Positions 11,970 through 23,185 of a stretch of 64,000 nucleotides of DNA are shown here, piece after piece. Under the pieces are notes generated by a model. It had not been told where the DNA came from and searched no databases. It saw only the letters and a program-made list of their open reading frames with translations. How positions within the stretch are numbered: position 1 is the stretch's first letter; each line of letters starts with the position of its first letter. This DNA is from Heptranchias perlo. Taxonomy: Eukaryota. The stretch covers positions 18,786,001-18,850,000 of the forward strand of contig NC_090356.1 of NCBI RefSeq assembly GCF_035084215.1. The letters are read 5' to 3'. The translations under genes were made by a program, and so were the position numbers.

Positions 11970-12130
11970 CTTTCTTTCCCCACGGGCTGTTGCTGGGTCC
12001 CGGCTCGATTTGCCCGCCCTCTCTTGGGCCTGCTATCGAGGTTTGTCGCGCTCGCCGTGCCGCTGCTTCGGGCTAGCTGGGCCCTGCCGCCGCCATCTTT
12101 TCACTCACAGATCGATTGCTATAGCCGGGG
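11970..12130 (-). other. ZBTB17: Probable non-coding first exon of ZBTB17 (start position approximate)
   Basis: Minus-strand donor AAG|GTGAGG at 11970/11969 inside the CpG island. The first coding exon begins with an acceptor, so an upstream UTR exon is required. Confidence 0.5.
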
Positions 12131-12348
12131 CTTCCCGCAGCCGCTAGAGCGCATGCGCTCGAACCGGGACGCACAAACGAATCCTCTCCAACTGGGCGGA
12201 ACTGCGCATGCGCGAACCCACTGCCCCCGGGCGCCGTTGTGCCGTGTTGAGCGCGTGCGCGTCTCTGGCCGACCGTGTCTTGCGCCTGCGCATAGAGCGT
12301 TTTACGCGTGCGCTGTGCGGCCGGGGGCGAGTGAGCCGAGAAGCTAAA

Positions 12349-12399
12349 ATGGAAGATGAGGAAATCGCGGATAATTGGGAGGAAGCGGCCGATAGTGGG
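12349..12399 (+). CDS. SZRD1: SZRD1 exon 1
   Basis: MEDEEIADNWEEAADSG, GGG|gtaagg donor, 51 nt. Confidence 0.95.
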
Positions 12400-15024
12400 G
12401 TAAGGAGCAGAGGATGAAGCCACAGTGAGGCTGGGGCTTCTTAAAAACCAGTCTCGTGGTTTGTTGACGCGGTTAAATAGTTTTCTTAAGGCCCGAGAGT
12501 TAAGTAGGAGCAGAGTGTGCAACAGTTAAAGGGTCCAAGTGAGTGTCGGCCACAAGTGTGGGGGCAGGCAGCAGGGGAAGCGGCATGAGAAGGAGTGAGG
12601 GGGCAATAGAGCGGAGCAAGGGCAAGGCCTGGGCCCAGGCCTGCAGTAGCTTGGAACTGCTATACTCTTTAGTAGGGAGTCAGCGCTGGCAGCAGTAGGG
12701 AGACTAAATACCATAACATGACCAGAAAAGGTATTGGAAGCGAGTGATGCGGATTCCAGAGCGATGGAGGTAATGTATCCACTGCAGCGGGAGGCGCGGA
12801 CTTTGCTGCCAACTCCCAGAAGTGGACAGGCGGATCTCCCACCTCACTCTCTTGGCGAAAGGTGGGAGGGTGGGGGTAATGGTGATGACTTTTCCAGTGA
12901 CGATAATTGGAAGAGAAAGCTGCGTATCTCAGAACAAATTAATGCAGAGTTTAGCTGCTGGATAGCAGTGGGGTTTAGGATATTTTTAAATCAGATTATA
13001 GTGAAAAATCTGTGGGATTCACTTGACAATTGAAGTCAACACTCTCGGTTGTCTGGATTCCAAACCAAATACTTTTGAAGTTTTTCCACCTCTTCCCCTC
13101 AATATTATTTAATAAGTTTGTAGAACTTTTTTTTTAAAAAAAGCAAGGGTTGTGCTTCTGCAATGGGAATACTGTACAAAAATCCCTTATTAGCAAAAAC
13201 TTTTGAAACCAACAATGTAAAGAATCCAATTCTTTAAATTACCAAAAAAACTTGATTATCATTGAGAGACAGCATCTTCAGAGTTCTGCCCAGCAGCATA
13301 CAGAAGGGGTAGGAAAAGCCTACATTCTAGATAAATTGTGCAATAAAGCTGTATTGTATTTGTGATAGTGGTTTAGAACTGGCAATCTGTTTTTGTCATA
13401 CTGATGCACATGCAATGATGTATTATGGCATAATTTGCACCATTGTAAATAAAGCAATGTTGCATGAAGCCTATGTCCCTTAAGGTTTTCCAGTGCAGTT
13501 GAGTGTAAGTGACAATTTAAATATTGATCAAAACTCATTTCTTTAATGACTTGTTTTAAAAATGTATTAAAATAAAATTTTTCCTTCATCTTCTATAAGA
13601 ATAGCAGAATTTTCTTGCTGGCAAAAAGATAACTAAGCTGAGAAATTCAGTCTCTTCCTAGAGATGGATTTGAATTATGACCACTCTGACCTGCTGACAA
13701 ACAGGAAAGTTATAGATTTCTATAAGACTTGTATTTGAGGTAGTTAAATGGCCAATCGAAGATCATGATAGAAAGAACTTGGAGTATTAATTATTTGAGA
13801 GTTTTGAACCTGTTCAGGGAGCCTTATCTGATTCTGCAGTATCTAGGACAGGTAGATTTGTTTTCTAGTACAGTACCCTCCTTGAGACCCTACCTCTTCA
13901 GTCTGTCAACATTCAGGTCCAGAGGATATTATGGAAGGCCCATTTAATGCAATCAGTGGCCAATGCTCTTTTTATATTGAACCCAGGTGAAGGGTAAAAG
14001 CCCATAGTGCAGGACACCACCAAGGCTGAAAACCGTAAGAAGGGAAAGACGGGGAGATGAGTTCCAAGGATCTTATTCCCTGGAAAAAATGTTTGTGTTA
14101 AATAAGCCATTGTGTTGTAATGTGCAATGTTGCATTGATTATCCATGTCCCTGGTTATTCATGAGAATTTTCATGGATAAAGAGAGATCAATGTGATTTG
14201 CCAACAAGATCTGCTAGGGTGTGACAGCTGATCTCACAGCTCTCCCAACAGCAGTCATGGTGCCCCAATTACAAAGCTTGGTGCTGAAAGTAGTATGTGC
14301 TCACCTTCAGTGATCTTGCCAGTAACCCCCACAACTTTGATCTCAGCAGAGCTGCTAGCTTTAAAATCAATGCAGAGCCTGCTTGATTAATTTCACTCCT
14401 GAGATTGCTCTATGTGAGTTTTAAAGTTGACAGCTCTGCTAAGATTGGTATAGTATAGGCTGCCAACCTAACCACACACTGCCTTTAGAATTGTCCCTGT
14501 AGCTGGGGAGGAGGGAAACCATTGCTGGTTTTAGGGGAATGATTTTGATTGGCTGTCTGGTAGTTGGTGTTGTTGCCAAGTGCATTAGGGTGTGGAGCTG
14601 GGTGAACAGCTGTTGTAGCAGAGAATCTTGCTAGGCATGCGTAATGGAGCTGAGTTCTGCTGGAGTGGACTGAGGTGTGTGGAAAGGCAAGGCAGTGCAA
14701 AAGCAATGTACAGTAATTTGGAGATTCTTGACTCTCCACCAGATATGTCCTGTTCATTATGGCAGATAATTGAGGTTCCACTGCAGACATTGCAGCCTCA
14801 ATACAAACGGAACATTGCACCATGGTTTATTGGACAATCCAGCAAGCTCAAAGTAGAAATATATTTATCATCTTGTATACAAGATATCCAGTTATATTCC
14901 TTTTTATTTTTATATCTAGAATATTCAGAACTCAGACCTACCTGGACTCTGGAAGGTCGATTGAACAGTTTGATTTTTAGTTGTGTTGGTGAAACCTGGA
15001 TACTGCAACATCTGACAGCTGGTT

Positions 15025-15230
15025 ATAAACAAAAACAGCAAATACTGGAAATACTCAGTGGGCCAGTAAGCAGCTGTGGAGAGAAGTGACAATTTAATGT
15101 TTGAGACGTTCACACCTGAAACATTAGCTTATCTGTTCTCTCCAGAGATGCTGATCGGCCTGCTCAGTGATTCCAATGTTTTCTGTTTTTGTTTTGGATT
15201 CCCAGCAACTGCAGTATTTTTGCTTTTTCA
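15025..15230. mobile_element. Penelope-like (PLE) terminal-repeat remnant arranged as an inverted pair
   Basis: aaaacagcaaatactggaaatactcag...ctgtggagagaa, then the inverse ttctctccagagatgctg...ctgctcagtgattccaatgttttctgttttt. Confidence 0.7.
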
Positions 15231-15464
15231 TTATAAAATTATACAAGCATAGAAAGTTCAGAGGAGCACTGATCATAGTGGTAGCCATTAAAATAGAACA
15301 GAAATGTTGCAATGAGAAGAGAAAAAAGATTACGGCTAGAGGTAAAAGACAGGTCACCTATCCGACTACAAACTTTTTCTTGTATCCATTCCAGTCGTAT
15401 GTGAGAGTTGTTATGAGAGCAATATTCTAATCTTGGATTAAATGGGCTTTATAGAACTGAAAGA

Positions 15465-15845
15465 CTTGCAACGTATCACTTTTTCATGCTTTTCAGACAT
15501 CCCAAAGTGCTTTACATACAATTAATTATTTTCTCAAGTGAAGTAGCTGTTACATAGGCTAATGTGGCAGCTAATTTCCATGCAGCAAGATCCCACAAAC
15601 TGCAATTGGATGAATAACCAGTTAATCTGTTTTTGGTGATGTTGATTGAGGGAAGAATGTTGGCCAGGACACCAGGAGAAGACTCTGCTCTTCAACCAGT
15701 TTCATGTTTCATCTGAAGGACAGCTTCTCCTTCACTGCTGCCCTGGAGTGTCAATATTAAATTATGTGCTTAAGTTGGAGTGGGACTTGAACTTACAACC
15801 TTCAGAATCTGTGGCAAGTGCTGCCAATTGAGCCAAGCTGGCACT
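15465..15845 (-). mobile_element. Deu-domain SINE (SacSINE1-like), degraded
   Basis: Homologous to 6575-6995 (ggagtgggacttgaac, ggccaggacacc, cccacaaac). Confidence 0.75.
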
Positions 15846-17814
15846 AAAGAGTTGTTGAAAGAAAAAGCTTTTTGGCACAAAAGAGGAGGTCAAGCTTTTT
15901 GGAAGTAGCTTTAGCAGTGGAGGTGATCGTAGAATGTAATCGCACAGAATTAGGCCATTTAGTCCATCAAGTCTGCCCTAATGTTTTTCTCTATGTGGGA
16001 GTACCATTTGAGGTGTGGTGCGATAATGCGGCCTAGAGTATGAACAGATGAAAATAGACTTAAGGTGGAGCTATCCAAGGCAAGATGACAGGTGCTGTTA
16101 AACTTGCAAGAGACATGAAGAAACTGTCTGAAGAATTGAAATAAATAAGATTTTCCTTGCCCATCAAAGGACACTGAGGAAATCAAGATGTAGTGATTCA
16201 GGCACTGCACTGCACTGCAGGATGAATGGAGGTCGTGAGTACTGAGGGCGAGTGATCTACAAGAAATGGAATGTAAAGTAGAATCCGCAGAAGAGTAGAT
16301 CGGGTTGGATAGGGAAAGAGAGCGAGCACAGAGAAACTGGGTTAATGGAAAAGAGAATGAACCATCAACTGCAGTACTGATGAAACTATTAGCCATCAAC
16401 ACATGGAAAAAAGTGTGATTTGGGGAGGTACAAGTGTTGTGGAAGTGCACCCAAGCAAGGGAAGGAAATGTAATAAAAATTGCAAAAAATATGGATTGTA
16501 TTGTAAAAGTGCTTGACATTAGGATTGGTGTCTGGGTATTACCAGGGAGGGGGTTCCCTCATTAGCTCAGGCTAGTGGGGAATAACTGGTTTTGGTCAGG
16601 GCTGGTTTGTCTGTTTTTGATCCAGAAACTCTGAATTCAATAATGTTTTAATGGTTTTGTTTTTATATAATTGCTCATCAGCCCTGTAACAGTTCAGATA
16701 TTAAATGTTAATGATAGATGGTGCACAATATACATTTGAAATGGATGCTGTTCAATGATATGCAGCCTCTTTGCATACATCAGGGCTCTATAATTCGCCG
16801 TCGCGCCTTTTGGGGTATAGAGAGGGCAATGCACGTGTGGATGTTGAGCAAGGAAAGAAAAGGGCTTACCCCCAGTGGCTGAATAACTGACATACACAAA
16901 GTAGCTGCCTTAGTGCAATACAGAAGGACTGTTGGTACATTAGTGAATTTCCTTGTAAATGATTGATCTGATATTCTAAACTTGAGTGTTATCTTTTTAC
17001 TGAAATGGCAATGTCCTGTTGAAACTGCTATGACTTTCCCAGTGACTGGTTTGCCATTCCTGGTAACAGGTCATTTTAGGGAGCATTTACACTAACTGCA
17101 GCATTGACGTGAGGTTGTAGTTAGTGTAAATGCAGCCTGCGTCCAGCTCCTTAATCCAGGGGCCTGTCCTGACACTGAAATTAAGCAAAGTGAGAATCCC
17201 TGGAGAAGTGAGTCCTACTTCATTTCGGGGTCAGTTTATATCTTCACTCCTAGTTTACAATCCAAGTTTATAATTAGTGTAAAGTGGTGTTGTGGAGTGT
17301 GAATGCACCTGCAGACAAACTTCTGGTAGAGCAATTATTTCCCATCCCCTTTAGGAGGTCTGCAGTGTTTTAACAATCCTAGTAGCACAGCTAATGCTGC
17401 ATCATCCTTGCTGTCCCCAAGCACCTTTCATTTTCTATTTTAAAATGGCCATAAATCAAGAAGCACGATGCCTTCTGTCAGATCTGCCATGCTTCTAAAC
17501 CCCACTTCGGTGGTAGACTGTTGCGACTTCAATCAACACATAATTTGTGGCACACTAAACTGGCACTTGCCTATTCTACTCGTTTCTTTGACTTTATTTG
17601 GTGAAATAGATTTTTCTTTTGATAGTTTTCGCACCATCATATTTACCAGGCTGCTTAATGTATTTCAAATCCGGCTAATCCACTTTGGCTGATCATTACT
17701 GGGCTGAGTGTCCATCTCTGTCTACAGCTAGGTGTTCAGCTGAATATTGTTTTACAGAGCACCTTTGTGTGTATACGTATATATTTACGTGTGTGTGTTT
17801 TTCCTTTCTTGCAG

Positions 17815-17864
17815 GAAATTGAGCGACGACTGGAAGCAAAACTAAAGATCCAACAGAAGGAAAA
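17815..17864 (+). CDS. SZRD1: SZRD1 exon 2
   Basis: ttgcag|GAA acceptor and AA|gtaaga donor, 50 nt. Translates EIERRLEAKLKIQQKE. Confidence 0.93.
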
Positions 17865-18034
17865 GTAAGAATTATTTCTGAAAAATCACTAAAATTGTTT
17901 GTTATTGGCTCCCCCTGATGGCTCAACTGGTAAGTACCTGATTCTAAAACTGAGGAAAATCCTGGTTTCTATCCCCAGTCAGTGCTGCGTTAGCTGATCT
18001 CAGCTGGGGCAGCATTACATGAATAAATTCAGGG

Positions 18035-18310
18035 GTGAGAAATAACCATTCAGCTCATCAAAGCTCATTCTTCTAGTATCCTAATTCAACTATCACAGCA
18101 GCCTACTCTAATTCGATTATGTTTTTGCCTCTACTGCCTCTCCTGGAGGATTATTCCGGACATTTATTGTTCTTCCTAATAAGTTTTGATTTTGCTTTCC
18201 ACTAATTTAATGTACTTTGGTCTTACTTCCCTAATTTTTGAAGTACCGGGTTTGCTTTATCTAAACCATATACTTTGAGGTCCCCTCTTAACTGCCTTCT
18301 TCACCTTAAA
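18035..18310 (-). mobile_element. Old CR1 3' fragment
   Basis: Reverse complement gives RRQLRGDL (compare KRLRGDL in the other CR1 copies) and a CR1 tail (gagcttgatgagctgaatgg). Confidence 0.6.
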
Positions 18311-18486
18311 AATTGAGCCTCAGTGCCCTTGAGCTAGAGAGGTGAAAAATCAGCCAGCGTTCAGGTGCCTGATTGTTATGCAATATTTCCAGCAGAGATC
18401 ACATATGAACAGTGCGGAGAGGACAGGATCTGGCATGGATATGGTGGTTTTCACAGCTAGATATCCTGCTCGTGCTCACTGTCTAC

Positions 18487-19886
18487 AAATGTAACCCCAC
18501 TATTTAAAAAAGGAGGTAGAGGAAAAAAAAACAGGGAATTACAGACCAGTTAGCCTAACATCAGTAGTGGGGAAAATGCTAGAGTCTATTATAAAAGATG
18601 TGATAACAACACTTGGAAGGCTTTAACGGGATTGGACAAAGTTCACATGGGCTTATGAAAGGGAAATCATGTTTAACAAATCTGCTGGAGTTTTTTGAGG
18701 ATGTAACTAGTAGAATAGATAGGGGAGAACCAGTGAATGTGGGGTATTTGGATCTTCAGAAGGCTTTTGATAAGGTCCCACACGAGGTTAGTGTGCAAAA
18801 TTAAAGCACATGGGATTGGGGGGAATATACTGGCATGGATTAAGAATTAGTTGACAGACAGGAAAGAGTGTAGGAATAAACAGGTCTTTTTCTGGGTGGC
18901 AGCCAGTGACTAGTGGGGTACCGCAGGGATCAGTGCTTGGGCCCCAGCTATTCACAATATATATCAATGATTTGGATGAGGGAACTAAATGTAACATTTC
19001 CAAGTTTGCAGACAACACAAAGCTGGGGTGGAATGTGAGCTGTGAGGAGGATGCAAAGAGGCTCCAATGTGATTTACACAAGTTGGGTGAGTGGGCAAGA
19101 ATATGGATAAATGTGAGGTTATCCACTTCGGTTGTAAAAACAGAAAGGGAGATTATTATCTGAATGGTGATAGATTGGGAAAAGGGGAGTTGCAACGAGA
19201 CCTGGGTGTCCTTGTACACCAGTAGCTGAAAGTGAGCATTCAGGTGCAGCAAACAGTAAGCAGGGCGAATGGTATGTTGGCCTTCATTGCAAGAGGATTT
19301 GAGTACAGGAGCGGGGATGTCTTACTGCAGTTATTCAGGGCCTTAGTGAGACCACATCTGGAGTATTGTGTGCAGTTTTGGTCTCCTTATCTGAGGAAGG
19401 ATGGAGGGAGTGCAACAAAGGTTTACCAGACTGATTCCTGGGATGGCAGGACTGGCGTATGAGGAGAGATTGGGTCGACTAGGCCTATATTCACTGGAGT
19501 TTAGAAGAATGAGAGGTAATCTCATCGAAACATATAAAATTCTAACAGGACTAGATGCAGGGAGGATGTTCCCGATGGCTGGGGAGTCCAGAACCAGGGG
19601 TCACAGTCTCAGGATATGGGATATGCTATTTAGAACCGAGATGAGGAGAAATTTCTTCACTCAGAGGGTGGTGAACCCGTGGAATTCTCTACCACAGAAG
19701 GCAATGGAGGCCAAGTCATTAGATGTATTCAAGAAGGAGATAGATATGTTTCTTAATGCTAAAGGGATATGGGGAAAAAGCAGGAACAGGGTACTGAGTT
19801 AGACGATCAGCCATGATCATTTTGAATGGCGGAGCAGGCCCGAAGGGCCGAATGGCCTACTCTTGCTCCTATTTTCTATGTTTCTA
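18487..19886 (+). mobile_element. CR1 LINE, 5'-truncated
   Basis: GNYRPVSLTS, KSCLTNLLEFFE, YLDLQKAFDKVPH, SGVPQGSVLGP, KFADNTKL and RPHLEYCVQFWSP. 3' UTR reads gggccgaatggcctactcttgctcct. Confidence 0.95.
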
Positions 19887-20149
19887 CTCGCATGAAGAAT
19901 AGATACTTGGGTGCGGTATTGGAAGGCCGATGCTGCTAGTGGAACTGTACCCCAGAATGAATCAGTGTCTACCAGACACAAGGAGAGAAAATTAGGGGAA
20001 GGGAAATACTTAAACAAGCCGATTGTAATTTTCCAGCGCAGATTTCCAGATGGAGCTTTCTGACTTGGGTATCTGCATACAATACTGGAAATTGAACAGC
20101 TTGCTTAAATTTGCTGCTGATTGGGAGGGGACATGAAACTGACTTTTTC

Positions 20150-20390
20150 AGATGGACATGAAGGATCTCATGGCACTAGTCAAAGAGCAGAGAGTTCTTC
20201 CATTATCTGGGCCAACTTCAACCAACACAACCAGAAACAGATTAACAGGGCATTCATTGCATTTGCTGGCTGTGGGATCTAGCTGTGCAAATTGGCTGCC
20301 ACTTTAGCCCAATGTCTACGACACTTCAAAAGTAATTGCGTGTATGTAAAATGATCGGTAAGTGATAAAGCACTATGTAAATGTAAGTCC
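20150..20390 (+). mobile_element. Deu-domain SINE, 3' half
   Basis: aaggatctcatggcacta...gctgtgcaaattggctgcc...cacttcaaaagtaatt...ctatgtaaatgtaagtc. Confidence 0.65.
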
Positions 20391-22577
20391 TTTCTTGGAG
20401 GAGTGTGCTGAAGTACTGAGCAACAGACTATGGATCTTGTGGTGTAGGAAGTGTATCTGTGGGCAAGGCCCATTGTGGAACTGTTATTTATCAGCACAAG
20501 TATAAATTAGCTCAGAAGAATCACGTTTTTGAACTAACATGACAGTCGGTGACCTGGGGAGCTGCTAATACATTTTTACCCAATGTGTACAGGGCCAGGC
20601 TCTCCTTCTGGCATGATGTGAAACTGGATGGTAAAACATGGCAGTCATAACATTGACAATAGTTGAAAAACTGGCAGTGGTAATAGAAGTTAGTAACTCC
20701 AACCTCAGAACTGTCATGGAAACGGGAAATTTTTAATTTTTAAACAAAACATTTGTGGAATCAAAAAATCTGCCAGCGATTTCTGATCCTGATCATTGTC
20801 CAGTGGTCATCTCCATGCCTGCTTTGTGTCAGTGCTTTTCAAACTTCTGTGTGGTGGAAAGTCTGCCAATAACAAAGGACTCCTGTACCCACTTCCAAAA
20901 GAAAATAGTACTGTACAATTGCATAAAATGATTTAGTATACAGCAACAGAAATAATGCATTAGTAAATTAACAAATGCTGACATATGACAGGTGGACAGA
21001 AATCTTAGGATCCCAGCTTGAAAACCTGTACAATAAATTAACCAGAAGTGAGAATTAGACTTGGCTATTGGGTTTTTTTTTTTGGGAAGGGGAAGAGGAA
21101 GGGGAAGAGGAAGAGAAGAGAGAGGGAACAGTCTGCTTATATTTGCTGCTAGACTCACACATGAAGAATTACCATTTTGCCGAGGTGCTGGTGGGTCTCC
21201 AATGCTCGTGGAACTTTACTACAGTATGGGTTTCCAGTGGATAAGAGGTTGGGGTGATAAATTGAAGGAAAGGATGTAGAAATCATGCATTCAAGAAGCC
21301 AGATTACTTTATGCTGGAAGTATTCAGGTAAATGTAGGCCTGAGGTGGGTGACTTCTCAGTCCCTTTTGGGGTCGAAGTATATTGCTGCAAGTTTGAGTC
21401 GCAGAATGGTGATGCCCAAATAAGGATTGTGACCTATATAATGCACTATTTAGTACTGATGAAGGCAGTTATTTGGAATGTACAGTCACCCTGCAATTGA
21501 AAATATCTTAATTGACAGAGCCAGAATGTCTGTAACCCCTGACTGATATGATTTAAGAAAAATAAAAGGAAGTTAGTATTCTGCAGCCTGAAGAGCAATT
21601 AAACTTTGACCTCACCCTGTGTTTACTTAACAGCACGTGTGTTGAATCAAAAGGATATGGTTTCACCTGATCAGCATGTAATTCGGCATTTCATGGTATG
21701 ACACTCCAATTTACCATGAGCATGGCCATGGGAGATCCTCTATATTGCAAAAAAGAACCTGTTTGTTCTCCAGCAGAAAGCTACTTTTAAACACAAAGTT
21801 TCACTAAAAAGTCTGTAACCAGTCAAAGCAAGTTGCTTATGATTCCACTCTCCCCTGCACTGCAGCCTAGCGATTAATGGCTGCTACCAATAAATGGGAT
21901 AATCACTTTGTAATTAGGAGATCACATGGTTTTGGGTGGGGTGCGGAGTGTATATATTGTGAAGCACAAGCTATCACAATTGTGTGGGACAGGCTGGATG
22001 GACCAAAGGGTCTTTTCCTGTTTGTCATTGTTTGTAATCATGAAAATGAAGAAATGTCAGTAATCTGAGGTTGGAGGTGTATTGAACATGGTCTAGAACC
22101 TGGTATTTCTCTTAGATTTTGGAAAGTCAGAACAGAAGGGTTACATTATAGTGCTGATTGGCAGGCTCAGCACAGGCCAGGGAACTTCTGATCTTTGCCT
22201 CAACATCAGTGTTCTCTGAATTTACCCATTGAGCCATGGGGGAGGCCTGGCTTTTTTTGTTATGGCAATTTAAAAAAAAAATAATTCAACCCCTTTCTTT
22301 GTCCACCTAGCCTGACGAGAAGGCTGGGTGCACAGCCTGCTCGTGGCAACCACAGGTGCACAGTCACCTCTTACATGCTGAGCATTACCGCAGCTTTTGT
22401 TCCTTAGTACAGCTCAGGTTCAAGTTCTGTCACAATCATTTCTTGATTTGCGACCCAGCTGCCGCTGCCTTTCCTTTTTCCTTGTTTGACAAAACATTAA
22501 CTGTTACCAATTAGGGATTGGGAGAGGGGGAAGAGATTCCAAAAAGTCAGTCTTAATGCTGTTTTATATTTAAACAG

Positions 22578-22826
22578 GAAATCAAAGCTGGCACCTAAAG
22601 GTCCCATCGTCATACAGGATGACCTCCACCCAATACCCTGCACTCCACAGATCCGCATTCTAAAGAGACCGACGAGTAACGGGGTGGTCAGCACGCCGCA
22701 CTCTGCTACGAGACCTGCACCACAAGTCAAGTCACTGGCCCAGAGAGAAGCTGAATACGCAGAGGCAAGAAAACGGATCCTGGGGAGTGCGAGTCCTGAA
22801 GAAGAGGATAAAACCAATACAGACAG
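22578..22826 (+). CDS. SZRD1: SZRD1 exon 3 (SUZ domain)
   Basis: aaacag|G acceptor and AG|gtaaaa donor, 249 nt. Translates [13 protein letters not shown]...[27 protein letters not shown]. Confidence 0.96.
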
Positions 22827-23185
22827 GTAAAAGGCAGGGCATGGGGAGCAGCCTTTACCCAATGGATAAAACTCCAAAGTTCTCTGCTGTGTGTTTTTGA
22901 TCCATTTACAGTAGCTGACTCTCAAGTTCAGCCTAGCAGCCATTTAGTCATTCACTGGGGTACAAGTTGACTAATGTAGCATGACACTGTACCTGTGATG
23001 CCTGGTTGTCATGTTGCAGAATGCAAGTTCCCAGAGAGACTACTTGAACTCCGCCTGGGAGGGCTGCTGAACTGAGATGAATCATGGGACCGAGCAAGGT
23101 TTCCTCCACGGGTCACTGTTCCTATACTGGACGAAATTTGCCACTGGCTAGTGTAACAAATCAAGCCATCAAGCATTGACTGGTC

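Larger units (their letters stand above)
11800..12480. promoter_or_regulatory. CpG island; bidirectional promoter of ZBTB17 (-) and SZRD1 (+)
   Basis: Dense CpG. NRF1-type palindromes at 12147-12160, 12203-12214, 12251-12260 and 12281-12292. YY1 motif GCCGCCATCTT at 12089-12099. SZRD1 ATG at 12349. Confidence 0.85.
17915..19990 (+). mobile_element. Family-X SINE split into three pieces (17915-18025, 18310-18486, 19887-19990) by two CR1 insertions
   Basis: The three pieces are collinear with the intact copy at 1805-2195. Confidence 0.7.

Noticed and set aside
15959-16519. 186-aa minus-strand ORF, the longest unexplained one
   Set aside because: Ser/Phe/His-rich translation of a purine-skewed segment, probably old repeat debris, with no domain motif.
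22497-22943. 148-aa minus-strand ORF (similar cases at 27111, 47468, 49360, and plus-strand ORFs over ZBTB17 exons)
   Set aside because: These are antisense shadows of real exons with no independent protein signature.
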